A DNA stretch of 64,000 nucleotides. Origin: Mustelus asterias. Its lineage: Eukaryota. Of the stretch, positions 38,546 to 51,226 are shown in pieces (the stretch's first letter is position 1; each line of letters begins with the position of its first letter). The stretch lies in the NCBI RefSeq assembly GCF_964213995.1, contig NW_027590189.1, positions 434,001-498,000 of the forward strand, given 5' to 3'. A program made the translations under genes and the position numbers. The notes under the pieces were generated by a model, which worked only from the letters and a program-made list of their open reading frames with translations, did no database searches and was not told the DNA's origin.

Positions 38546-39700
38546 GTCTCAGCAAGATAAGTCAGAGCTCCTCGCTGCTGTATAGAACCTCTGGCAGATG
38601 CAGCCACAATGAGCAGCGGCGCTGTCAGCCGCTCAAACACAAACCGACAGGAAACCATATTCACCTCGGATCAACTGTCACCCAACTGTTTCCAGGAGAG
38701 GCCGAGAAAACAAACTGCAGAACCGTTTTAGGCCGACAAGTCCATCACATAATGAATGTGTCAATTAAATCGTCCCTTCTCCTGCTAATCAACTCTGTTT
38801 TCCTCTAAAATCAGACATGGGTGATAAAATCCCAAACATCCGTCAAACCTGGCCGTGAAGCGCCACACACACAGCAGACGGACAGTTCTCCATGTTTGTG
38901 TGACGTCCTCTGATCCCGAAGTCCCTATTTGTCCTTTTCCTTCTTTTTCCATGCCTGCTTACCATATTGACCACCACTCGCTCCATCTCCCTTTTCAGTT
39001 TCTGGGCCTTTGAGGGTGAGCTGTTCATAGCGTTTATTTGATCACTATTGCTACATTCCAGACAGCTTGCACACCCTGAACACATTTCATAATGTTGTGA
39101 CTTTGATTTCTCAAACAAATCCGAGCAGCCAATTTCCACATCTCCCTGACTGTCTCCACCTGATACCAGGGTAGCATTAAACTTCTTATCATATCCGCAT
39201 TGTTCATCTGTTTCTCGCTGCTCCTTGATTCTGTAAATCAGATGAATATTTGAATACTGTTTGGGAAACATTGTGAAATTCAATTGAATGATCAAAGTCA
39301 ATGAGTTCTGAAATCTGTTCATTTTTCATAAACTGTTTCTGACCCAACAACACAGTCTGATCAAAAAAACCCAGAGAACTGGTCTCGGGCCAAAGGCTCC
39401 AGAAATCTAAAAAGGGAGATGAGGAAGACTTGTTTAATGTTACAGAGAGGCATGGAAACAGCTTCAAAACACTAAGTGAACGAAATAGTTCAAATAGATT
39501 TATAAAGGCGAGTTTAATTATGAACGCGAGTTAAAACCAACTAATACAATTCCGCAAGTGTCCCTCACCTCTTCTTGTGGGGGGTTATATTTTGTTCTTT
39601 TCGGAAGATTCCTGTGACTCTCACTGAGTTTAATTCTTGTCCCTAATTATCGGTGTGACAGCGCCATCCTCTGGCCACCAACTGGAACCCCCATTCTGGG

Positions 39701-40075
39701 GAGTTTCGTACTGGATCCGCTCTATGTATCTATGTGTGGCACGGAAATACACGGCAGTATCCGACAGAAGATATAAAGGAACTGTTTTGTTTCCCTTCAG
39801 CAAATCTGCAGAGAACCTCGGTTTGGGGACCTTTCTTCACCCCCTAAGCTATATTTCTTCAGCAAATATCTCGGGGCTTCCCCGGAAGACTGCATGTACC
39901 AGAGTAGAGTTGGGGTAGTGTGGATTATCAAGTAACGGCAGTCCAGTCCACACTGTCCTTCCCGAATTGTTAGTTCGAAATGAACCTGGAAAACTGAAGT
40001 TTTGCCACTCATTCATGTCACACAAATACAGATTAGCTCAAAAGTCAGGGTTTAAAAATAACCACTGGATGACAT
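39701..40075 (-). pseudogene. TCR V pseudogene, inverted relative to its neighbours
   Basis: SVFQ..LDCRY..LLWYMQSSGEAPRYLLKK, a frameshift, then KTVPLYLLSDTAVYFRA (second Cys lost). Degenerate RSS cacacat + 22 nt + acgaaactc at 39738-39701. Confidence 0.8.
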
Positions 40076-40759
40076 GGTTACCATTTAATAATGGACCCGC
40101 CGGGCAGCAAGATCATTATCATCAGTAAGGAGCATGGAGAACAGATGGTTTCCCTGTATACATCTCGATATGAAGTAACAAAATGCTCTAATTCTGCCGA
40201 TGATTCCAATCCAGTGTAAAGGGTAGCCCCTGTTATAATCTGGTTTTATTTTTTGAGGAACTGAGGGGCATTGATACCTGACAATCAATGTGCCCTTTCT
40301 ATTTGTCACATTTAATGAATCCGTCATTAGTAGAGACCATGAGACTGGCGGTGTAAATAAGAAGCAGATAGCTAAAGTTGGCGACATACATTTAAGGTCA
40401 CGTGTGTTCTCTGCTCTTGGATTGGTTGGAAATGGATAATGTTCACCGGATTTAAGCAGTGACCCTTCCTTGTTGATCAGCCCCACTACTCGCCATCAGC
40501 AATTACTGAAGCGATTCATTCCGCTGCTGTCTGCACCCGGGCAAAGACGGTGAAAGTAAAAGTAGCGGAGCAGACCGTGGTTGCATTTCGCGTTTTATCG
40601 ACAGTCATCCAATGGAGCAGCATCACCTTATCCTCACTGCTCACATCCGCACAGCGAAGTGTGTAAACCACCAAGGGAATCCTGTAAATCCATAACATTT
40701 GCAGATCGTGCGATGGGCCATTCACCCCATCGTGCGTGCTTGGCTGTCATTAATTGGTA

Positions 40760-41075
40760 CAGTGGTGTCACAGTGGTTAGCACTGCTGCCTCATAATTCC
40801 AGGAATCCGGGTTCAGTTCCAGGCTACGTGGAGTTTGCAGATGCTCCCAGTGTCTGTGTGGGGTGCCCCTTTTCCTCCGGCAGTTCAATGATGTGCAGGT
40901 TAGATGCATTTAGCGTGCCAACTTGTCAAATATTTGTGGGTTAGAATAAATCGCCACGATAAATCTGTGGGGTTACGGTGATGGAGCAGGAGAGGACCAG
41001 GAAAATATACTCTGCCGGAGAGTCACTGCAGACTCGAAGAGCCTGATGGCCTCCTTTTGCACTGTATGGATTCGA
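40760..41075 (+). mobile_element. HE1-like SINE, diverged
   Basis: cacagtggttagcactgctgcctca head; gcagactcg..ggcctcct..gcactgt tail. Confidence 0.7.
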
Positions 41076-42227
41076 AGACAATTATTGATCTTTTCATCAA
41101 CTGCATTCCCTAAACTCCATATTCCTTATGCAAACGTAATTGGCGCAGCGCTGGTAAGCTTACTTACAGCAATGTAGCTCAAACATACATGAGAGTTGCT
41201 TTATTGAATTTTCAGTCATCTACCTGAATCACTCAAACATTCTGGTTCACTGCGTACCATTCAGGATATCTGTCACTGAATCAAGCGGTTAGCTGTTTTC
41301 CGTCAAACACTTACTCATCTCGAACCTCTTAATGAGGAAGTATGATCTGTATTGCTGAACGTTCCCCTTCAGTTATTTCCCTGATCTGATCTGCTTTCTT
41401 CCCGACTACAAGATACAATAGCAAAGCTTCCCTTGTTGGTGTTTTTTCCAACATTTCGGATTGTATAAGCATCTAAAACCAATCGTAGGAGCTATTCGGT
41501 TACCTCCTTTACCGACTTCTTGCATAGAATTAATACGAGACAATATAAATCTCCATTACTATTGTTGCATAATTTGTCTGCATATTTCTTCCACTATCTT
41601 CCTTCCCGGTGCAGAGACATGGTGAGGGACACAATAAGTTCAGAGATAGGGTTGTCGAGGTGAAGAGCTATAGAGTGACACGAAGATGTACAGATTCCGA
41701 AAGATACTGAGAAAGAAACTCCTGATATTGAGTTTGATGTAACGGTTAAAATGCACTCAGTGTAAACGTTTGCATCCCATCTTCTGATTCTGATTCGCAC
41801 GCTGTCTCTCAAAGGCAATAAAGAAAGACTTCCATTTATATACCGCCGTTCATGACATCAGGACTTCACAAAGAGCTTTACACCCAAAGAAGTCTTCGAA
41901 TTTTCATCACTGTCTTAATATAGAAGACGTGGCAGTTAATGGGCGCGCTTCAAACTCCACAAAGAACAAAGTGATAATCAGGTCATCGATTTTAGTGATA
42001 TAGATTGGAGGGCTGATGGAAAGTGACATCTGTCAGAAAACCTGTCATTCTGTCATCTAAGTTGCCATTTCCGCTCTTCGGTCGCACAGATATACATTCA
42101 AGTTCTCATTTCAGGTTTTGGCTCATTTAGTTCCACTGTTGAGGTGTCGGGTGGGTGATGCAGGCTTTATAAACCTATTACTAAGGGTCCGAAGCTGTGT
42201 TGCTGCTGTGTTCTGTATTCTGATATT

Positions 42228-42577
42228 ATGCATCATTTTCTCTTTTTGACATCGATATTCATTCTTCTCATTCAGGCCAGTGAGGAAATGGAGGCAGTGT
42301 TTCAGGATCCACCGAGTATCAGAGTGAGTTACGGAGACAGTGTGAAGCTAAACTGCAATTATTCGACATCACATACTTCTGCTTTCTTCTGGTATATTCA
42401 GCACCCAGAGAAACACCCTCAATATCTTTTGGAAAAAAGGAGTACTGGAAAAAATGTGACTGCCTTTGGGAAGCGGCTGCTTTATGCTACTTTAGATAAC
42501 ACAGCAAGAACTGTTCCTTTAAGCATTCACTATGCGCAGTTCTCTGACAGTGCGGTGTATTCCTGTGTACTGGGACA
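42228..42577 (+). CDS. TCR alpha/delta V segment with leader and V in a single exon
   Basis: One ORF: MHHFLFLTSIFILLIQA (signal-like) + AVFQDPP..KLNCNYS..FFWYIQHP..VPLSIHYAQFSDSAVYSCVLG. TATA-like ttataaa about 60 bp upstream. Confidence 0.85.
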
Positions 42578-42616
42578 CACAGCGTTACCAGGTCAGTAGA
42601 GACCCGTACAAAAAAT
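42578..42616 (+). other. 23-RSS
   Basis: cacagcg + 23 nt + acaaaaaat. Confidence 0.88.
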
Positions 42617-43639
42617 GTTCCTTCTTTCTAATATGGCGTTTTGACTCCACACAAGTTGTGATATTTTGCAACTGCCGCAGCAATGTGATGTACATTCTAT
42701 TAACTACATTCAACAGTTAAATTTGTCTGTATGTGGTTCACTATCTCGTCGGTTGGGCTTTCTCCACCTGCTCAGACTCTTGTCGCAAATCACTTTATGT
42801 GGTTCCCGCATGCCTGACTGCTAGGTTTGTCATTCTCTCTCTCTCGCTCGCTCGCTCGCTCGCTCATTCTCAGTTTTCTTTTCTCACATTCCCGTTTATA
42901 TCACCTCCATCAGACGCATTGCACTCGGTCTCATCTCCCGTTGATATGCAATGGTATTAATTATCTCCGAGTATTATCATCCTCTGGGTTGGCATTTGAC
43001 AGAAGCTGAGCTGAATTATTGTGTGTGTGTGCGTGTGTGTGTGTGTGTGTGTGTCTGTCTGTCTGTCTATGTGTTGTGCGTGTGTGTGTCCCTCTTTCTC
43101 TTTCTATTCTTTCTGTCTATCGTTTTCTTTAGTTCTCCCTCTCGATTTTCGCTCTGTTGTTCTCTCAGCTGGACTTATGTCGTGCTCAACGGTTTGCAAC
43201 TGTAACAAAATTAATTTTCTCTTAACCACACCCACTGATCCAATACATTAGTGCCTAACGGTATTAGATTGCAGTTTACTGGATCAATATTTCTCCTCAA
43301 ATCGGTGACACGGTTTCTCAGCCAGTTTTTATTTTATATTGTCCCACAAATCTTTCTATTGGTAACATCAATTTCTGACACTATGATCACTATTGCTGAG
43401 ATTTTCTACTTCACCCACCTCCTTCCACATGGAATACAATCACAGAATCATTACAGCACATCCAAGCTTTCGGCCCTTCCATTCCAGGCTAGCTCCTTGC
43501 AATAACAATTTACCTATATTCACGAGCCGACAGTTCCTAATAACTGTGGAATTTCATTTCATTCAGCTGTTAATGTTATTGCTCTTTGAAAACCATGTGC
43601 TCATCGGTCTTTGCCACCAATTAATTTAACTGTAGAATT

Positions 43640-44240
43640 AAATCTACCATCCTACCTGCGCCCCGTATCCTTTGACTCCGTTGTAGATCAGAAACATGTC
43701 CAATTCAGCATTCGATCTTTGGAAGGCCACAAAAAAAATCTGAGAGAAGAAATTCCTCCTAATCTCTGCTAAATTGGAGGCCTCTTATTTTGAAATTGTG
43801 CCACAAGTTCTCCTTTCTCCAATCTCCACATCTATGTTGTCAAACACGCTGAGAAAAAGTTATGTTTCCAAATGTTCGTCTCTCATTGATCTATATTCAA
43901 GTGTATGTCGGCACTTCTAACTAAACATATTGCCATAATTCAAACATTTGTTCCCTGGAAATAACGTAATGAATCTTCCCCGAACAGCTTCCATGCACGT
44001 ATAACCCTTCTTAAATCAGGACACGAAAATTGTGTTGAGGTATGATTTCACCAAAACTCTGTATAGTCAGAACATTTTGTTTGCCTTCCTAAATATGTAC
44101 CGTATCTGCAATGCTAACGTGTTGTGATTTATATACGTATGTACCTCGGTAACGTGCAGTCTGTAGTCTCTCCCAAAATAGTCTTATTTTCTATTCAAAC
44201 CAGTAATCTGGACAATCTCATTTTTGCCCCATTTGCCTCA
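43640..44240 (-). mobile_element. Highly decayed CR1 3' fragment
   Basis: ccccgtatcctttgactcc...aagaaattcctcctaatctc motifs resemble the other CR1 3' ends in the window. Confidence 0.5.
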
Positions 44241-46357
44241 GGGACAAATGTCAATGTAACCTAATTTTTGGTGATAAACAATGGTTACTCCCCCGAAGTT
44301 CAGTGCTAGCATCACTGTTCTGCACTATATATGTTCCGTGTTCTTGTCATGTTGATTGAAATTTCTAAATATTTCGAATTGTGTCACAGATTGAGAATTG
44401 GACCTTTTCGTGCAAATGGACCGGTGCAGGCTAGCAGAATTGGTAAATGAGTGAAAGCTGGAATTTAAGGTGATGCATCTTGACAAAAGGCGTTAACGAG
44501 GGCTGATATATGTCAATGCATGGAAGGGGTTCCAATGAAGGAGGTGGCTTTGCCCTAGATCATGCCACGTTCCATCTTTGTTATTCCAAATGTCGTCCTC
44601 AGTTGACTGTGTGAATTCGTTTTCTGCTTTGTCCACTATCCAGGAGCGCAACTCCCTCTGCACTCTCATTTTGTTTTACTTTTATGCCTTTGTTCCATTC
44701 CCTAAAGGATAAATCCTTCAGATTGGCACAAGGGGTTTCAACACGAGGAGCCAGGAAACAAACCAGAACGCAACTACGATTTGTTAAGAACTGGGAAAAA
44801 TTTAGATTCGGAATAAACTTATTAAAACAAAAGAAAATTGGGTAATATAAATTTTAAAAAAGAAATTTATGAGGACAGCTGGAAGAAGGGGGTACTAGTA
44901 AGTGAATTAACATGCCAGTCAGAGAAGCAAGGGTCTACATATATGATTGGGGGAATACAATCGGGCGTGGAAGAGGTAACTTCAATGTGATCGTTCAGGG
45001 AATTGGAACTTATATGCTCTAGATGCTCATACAGTTGTATAATATTGGTTGCTGTTTGGCAATAAGGGGCATGTCAGATTTCAGGAAAAGTTGGTTGTTG
45101 GGAAAAAAGGGGTTACTTCATGTTAACGTCCGTATTTATAGCCATTAATGTGGTTACGTGCACTGTATTAGTGTTTTATCGTCATGCTTGTCATGCGCTT
45201 TTCTTTTTATGTTAATAAATGTTCTTTATTAAATGATCGCAGCAAGACTTGACTGTTCCTCCCGGGTTTGCATATCGTACTTAATGGACACCAAATTGAA
45301 ATATAAACCATTAAGCACCAGTGTTCCAAGTTACACCTCTAGGTTCTGGGATACCCTCGTATTTCACATTAGCAGGGTACATAACAGATGTGTATTAGAG
45401 GCAGACAATGTGTGAGAATTGCGAAGATTAAGAAGCCACTTGGTTGAAACCTTGAAGATCCTGAGGGCTGTGACCGGCTGATTTTCTTCCTGATGGCCTT
45501 AATGTGTGGAATGTTTTCTCAAAGAAAGAGTACCTGCTTTTAAACTAGTTCAATGATTCATGCAAGGACAAATCACCAAATAATGTTTCTCACTGATTTA
45601 TTTTAGCACTTCACTTCTGACCTACGAGGTCACTTGATACTATCCTTTTTGTATCCGGAGGCAGGAACTGCGAGAGAGACGGGGTGAAAATTGAATGGTA
45701 TGGGTATATAGTGTCTGGATTCAGACCATGAGAAGTTCTCAGTGACGTGTTTCAACTCCTGTTTGAAGTTGACAGCGTGAATAATCAGAAGCTATTTCTC
45801 CATCCAGATAGTGTGAAGGATGAGAGTTTTAGATTAACGAAGAACGACTGGGATGATGAGAAATAGCTGCGCTCAAATTGTTGATAATTTTGGATTTCAC
45901 TATGTGATCGCTGTGGTTATTCAATTGTTGAACATGTTCAGGATTGATGTTGATGGATTTTGGGGCACTGAATGGCTTAAGGAATAAAGGTACCGAGCAG
46001 ATTTATTGTTTCATGAAAAAGATTGGTCCCAAACATGTTAAATGACAGCACTGATTGGAGGAGCCGAGTGGCCTCTCTTCTCCCGATTCTTATTTTCTTA
46101 AGAGGAAATCTCTAAGGAAGGATGGAAACAGAATGGAAGGGACAGGTTACATTGGCCTGGTGATCAGAAAGCAGCTGCCATCTTTATATGTGATACAACT
46201 TTCTTCAATTGCCACCTCAGTGGAATAAAAGGGAAACTCGTGGTAGTTTTCTTACAGAGCTGCTGAAGACCAATTTCACCGTACAAGTCAAGGCGAAAAA
46301 TTCTGTGATAAAAATATACATTTCGATTTGTAATTTAAACCAAACCTTTTGGATTTT

Positions 46358-48717
46358 CTACTTTACTATGCTTACAACGAGACTGCCAATATATATTGCT
46401 GCATGTTTCAATTCTTCTCGGAATTTCCTCTGCGTCACTGCATAAATACACGTGTTAGTGCAACAGCTCAGCAGCTGCAGCATGTTTCCACTTTCTTGGC
46501 GAATAAATTTTGGGTCATTGAAATTGGATCCTCCGAAATATGCTTCATTTGTAATTTTCACATAGAGGAAATCCAAAACGTATGTCATCCACAACAGAAT
46601 GAAACTTCCTGAGATGGCGAAGAGTAAAACAACAGATTTCTTCCTGTTCTTCATTTCTGGATCACTCTGATTATCTGCACTGCTGTGAGCCCGGAGTCGA
46701 CGGCGGGATCTACTAGCCGCCAGGATGTGTCTGACGGTCAGTGCATTAAACAACAAAATCAGAAGGAATGGCAGAATGGGATTTAATATACGTGCAAACC
46801 AATCATAGGCTGTCCATGAGAAGGAAGTGTAGAAAGCTGACTTTATATTACAAAACCATGGCACATTGTTCATTATATAGAGCGGTTCATACATAAAATA
46901 CCAGGGAATGATTTTTAAACAACTCAACAAACAGACCATTCCAATCACCACAGCTGCTGTTTTCTCGGTGCAATAGTTTGCTTGCAGTTTCTGGCAGCAA
47001 ATGGCTACATAACGATCAAAGGTGAAAACGACGGTTAACCAGACAGAACTCTCCGTGGCTGCATAGATTATCACAGTACTCAGAGTACAGGCTGGAGTCA
47101 ACGACAAAAAACTTACTGGAAAATAAATGCCAATAATCCGGTTGAAGATCACAGCGGTGACAACGACAAGGAGATCCGTCACTGCCATGGAAACCAGATA
47201 TCGAGTGATGCATTTGGAGAGACCACACCTTCCTCGGGAGAGGATCACAATCGCCATCAAGTTAACTGAGAGCAAAAGCAAAATTAAAGTTGTAAATTTA
47301 TTCAACAAATTCCAAGCACACGCATGGGTGCTGCGGGTTTTTTTGTGACACTTTTGCTGGTTTATCTTCGTTATGGAAGACAGCTATTCTTGGCTTTTCA
47401 AGGTTAATTATATTTCAAAAAGAGCTACAAGGGCAGACTCCATTTATGTCGCAAATTTAACGCAAAGGGTGTCTCAAGTCGCTTCACAGGAAAGCAATGC
47501 AGCAAAATTTGACACCTAATAACATGAGGCGATATTAAGTTAAATGCTGAATAACTTGACAATGAGATACACTTAAGGAAACTATATAATGAGCAGAGTG
47601 AGGAAGAATGGCAATGGCAGCAATTGCAATGTTTGGGACCGAAAGGCTGTAGATCTCCGGGTTGCATGTAAAATTCGGCATTCAAGCTTTGGACCATGTA
47701 GCAGATAAGCAGAATATCCTGTAAATACGCTTGACATATTAGTTACACCTGCGTGATTAAAATGTATAATGTGATAAGGATTTGGTTTGGCTTGTTAGGA
47801 TTCCACGGGAATATATTCAGTAAGTATGATGTGTCAAATTAACACAATTTAAGGAGCATCAGATGTGTTTTAATCAGAAATCCCGCTTGCTGGGAAAATA
47901 CATTTCCAATCTGTTGAGCAATGACACTAATTGTTCCGTAATGAGAAGTGAAAAAAAGGATATATATTGTCTGGAGTTTCGAAGAGTAAAGGCGATCTTG
48001 TTGAAACAAACAAACTTCTCGAAAGGCTTGACAGAGTAAATACTGGAAGGTTGTGCCCGCTGATTTTGGAATCATGCCCAAAGATTGTATTGCTGGAAAT
48101 GTTTTCTCACGTTTCCCCCTGTAGCTGAATGCCCAGGAACTATAGGTTACAAAGATATGAAAAACCTTGCCTCGGTATATGCATGCTGGCAAGAACAGCC
48201 ACAGAGTATTGAATGTGTCAGAGACTTAATGAGCAAGGCTTACGTTTAAGTAAAATACATATTTCAGTGATGAAAAGACGGGCTACCACTGAGCAATAAT
48301 GTTTTAGAAGAAACCTGGAAACAATTATGTCATGTTCTTTATTACCATAATGAGCGCTAACTTCATAAATCAATCATAGAAATCATAGGAACATAGAAAC
48401 CCTACAGTGCAGAAGGAGGCCATTCGGCCCATCGAGTCTGCACCGACCACAATCCCACCCAGGCCCTACCCCCACATATTTTACCCACTAATCCCTCTAA
48501 CCTACACATCCCAGGACTCTAAGGGGCAATTTTTTAACCTGGCCAATCAACCTAACCCGCACATCTTTGGACTTTCATTAACTCATTAAATCATTAACTT
48601 GACGCATCAATGATGCGTCAAGTTAATGATTTAGTACCACGACTTACCTGGAACTCCAATGGCAGCAAGAATTGGATAGTAAATGGCATAAACTACACCA
48701 GATATTCGCCCGTGCAT
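46358..48717 (-). CDS. Second two-exon GPR139-like class A GPCR; exon 1 48717-48648, exon 2 47265-46358
   Basis: Exon 1 MHGRISGVVYAIYYPILAAIGVP-G|gtaagt. Acceptor ctctcag|TT restores VPVNLMAIVILSRGRCGLSKCITRYL. FTFDRYVAIC and LLSCCTNTCIYAVTQ are present. Same intron position as the GPCR at 705-6457. Confidence 0.9.
48364..48573 (-). mobile_element. 5'-truncated HE1-like SINE (3' half) in the GPCR intron
   Basis: catagaa repeats followed by ccctacagtgcagaaggaggccattcggcccatcgagtctgc and core sequence. Confidence 0.8.
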
Positions 48718-49142
48718 TCTGTATGAGAAAAGATGACAGTTAAACACAAAGATTCTCTGTTACAAAGTCACAGGCACCCACATTAATGCTGTTGGAAATC
48801 TACAGGGACGCAATTAATTTCCAACATTATTTACACTTACTTGAACAAACAGATTCAGCATTCATTTTCCATGTTCATTCTGGGAGGGGTTAGAATATTG
48901 CGATATTCCAGGGAGGGGACGATCTAGTCTTTATGTCTCCTGCCGCCTGGGTAATTTTGAGTTGAATTACTTAATACTTGGGCAAAAGTAACGGATGCTT
49001 ATCATGTGAAATGTTCATTATAATGATACAGCTAAAAAATATTACAGCCACGAGGCAGCAGGCAGCATAGCTCAGTGACATTAGAACAGATGAAAATCGG
49101 AATGATAGTAAGATTTAAAAAACTACTGAAGCTGGAATCTGG

Positions 49143-49302
49143 AACAAAAACAGAAAATGCTGGAAAATCCCAGCAGGTCTGACAGCATCTGTGGAGCGAA
49201 GCGGTCTGACAAAGGGTCATTCAGACTCGAAACGTTCGCTCTATTTTCTCTCTGCAAATGCTGTCAGACCTGCTGAGATTTTCCAGCATTTTCTGTTTTT
49301 GT
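49143..49302. mobile_element. Fold-back element, Penelope-like inverted termini
   Basis: acaaaaacagaaaatgctggaaaatc.cagcaggtctgacagcat...atgctgtcagacctgctgagattttccagcattttctgtttttgt. Related pieces near 59890 and 62600-62735. Confidence 0.6.
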
Positions 49303-49779
49303 ATCGAAATGGGAGTGACAGTCACATGCTATCGAATGGCCTCATATAACAGAAGTTGGAGTCCCGTGCAACATATAAGTTCCTCATAAAATGTAAGTCA
49401 TTCCCAGACAGTACAAATGATGCCGACAGACTCCACCGACCTTCACGTCACAATAGCATGCATTCTCACAAACACATTCACACAGCACCGGAAACATCAT
49501 GAAACTGCCCAATGCACACCACGTGGGAGCTGTCAAAAAATCCGACAGAAGAACATATGGAAATTAATAGATATGTTGATAACAATCCCAGCCCTCTTGA
49601 CTATTCCACTCGTTTCTTTCCATGTTTATTTTTCTCTGGACCCCATTTCTATTGTGCTAGCTAGATTCTCCTTGTTTTTTGGTGGTTTTAAAGCTCTGGT
49701 TATTTATTTAGTAGTCGTTGTGTCATTCGTGAATTCACTAGGCTCTCTATAATATTGCTTCATCCTGTTTGATTAGGAT

Positions 49780-50911
49780 GCAGGGATAAACAAGATCGAG
49801 ATTGTCTCCTCCTCCAATGGATACAAAATTGGCTTCTTGACGCAAGCCAGAGGATGGTTGGAGAGGGTTGTTTTTTCAAACTGGACGCCTGTGACCAGCA
49901 GTGTGCCTCGGGGATCAGTGCTGGGTCCACTGTTATTTGTCATTTAGATTAATGATTTGGATGAGGATATAGGAGGCATGGTTAGTAAGTTTGCAGATGA
50001 CACTAAGATTGGTGGCATAGGGGAGAGTGAAGAAAGTTATCTTCAATTGCAACGGGATCTTGATTGTGCCAGTGGGCTGACGAATGGCAGATGGAGTCTA
50101 ACTTAGACAATGCGAAGTGATGCGTTTTGTTAGATTGAACCAGGGCAGGACTTACTCAGTTAATGGTAGGGCGTTGGGAAGCGTTAGAGAACAAAGAGAT
50201 CTAAGGGTACATGTTCATAGCTCCTTGAAAGTGGAGTCTCGGGTGGACAGAATGGTGAAAAAAGCATTCGGCATGCTTGGTTTCATCGGTCAGAACATTG
50301 AATACAGGAGTTGGGACGTCTTGTTGAAGTTGTACAGGACATTGGGAAGCCCACACTTGGAATACGGTGTGCAATTCTGGTCACCCTATCATAGAAAGGA
50401 TATTATTAAACTAGAAAGAGTGCAGAAAAGATTTACTAGGATGCTACCGTGACTTGATGGATTGAGTTATAAGGAGAGGCTGGATAGACTAGTACTTTTT
50501 TCTCTGGAGCGTAGGAGGCTGAGGGGTGATCTTATGGAGGTCTTTAAAATGATGAGGCGCATCGATCAGCTAGATAGCCAATATCCATTCCCAGAGTTGC
50601 AGAGTCTAAAACTAGAGAGCATAGGTTTAAGGTGAGAGGGGAGAGATTCAAAACTGTCCAGAGGGGCATTTTTTTCACACAGAGGGCGGTGAGCGTCTCG
50701 AACAAGCTGCCAGAGGTAGTAGTAGAGGCGGGTATAATTTTGTCTTTTAAGAAGCTTTTAGATAGCTACGTGGATGTGAAGGCTATGGAGGGATATGGGC
50801 CAAATGCGGGCAATTGGGATTAGCTTAGGGGTTTAAAAAAAAGGGCGGCATGGACAAGTTGGGTCGAAGGGCCTGTTTCCATGCTGTAAACCTCCATGAC
50901 TCTATGACTCT
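49780..50911 (+). mobile_element. CR1 RT 3' portion, degenerate
   Basis: GSVLGPLLFVI, KFADDT, HLEYGVQFWSP, FFTQR; tail ctccatgactctatgactcta. Confidence 0.9.
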
Positions 50912-51226
50912 ACTGGCATCGCCAGCGAAGCCCACATCCCCTGAATCAATAACAATAAATAATGTACTCGAAACCAAGTAGAGCATGCCACCCACAACTG
51001 TTGATCACCTGCTGAAATTCTGGATTCTCGCTGCCGGGAGTTTCGACTGAAAATTCACAGCTCAGTTCCCCATTTAAATACTTGAGTTTCATTTTAAACT
51101 GTGGGCGTGGCCTAATTTACCATTGATCGGGTCTGAAGTATTTCAGTGCAGCTCTGATATCCAGTCTCCCAGAGCAGTCCAGCTCTGTAGTCTCAGCTCC
51201 CTGGCATATAAACCGTCAGCAGAACG

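Noticed and set aside
44540-45390. Possible solo LTR ending in ...cataaca with AATAAA
   Set aside because: Could not define a 5' boundary or TSD.
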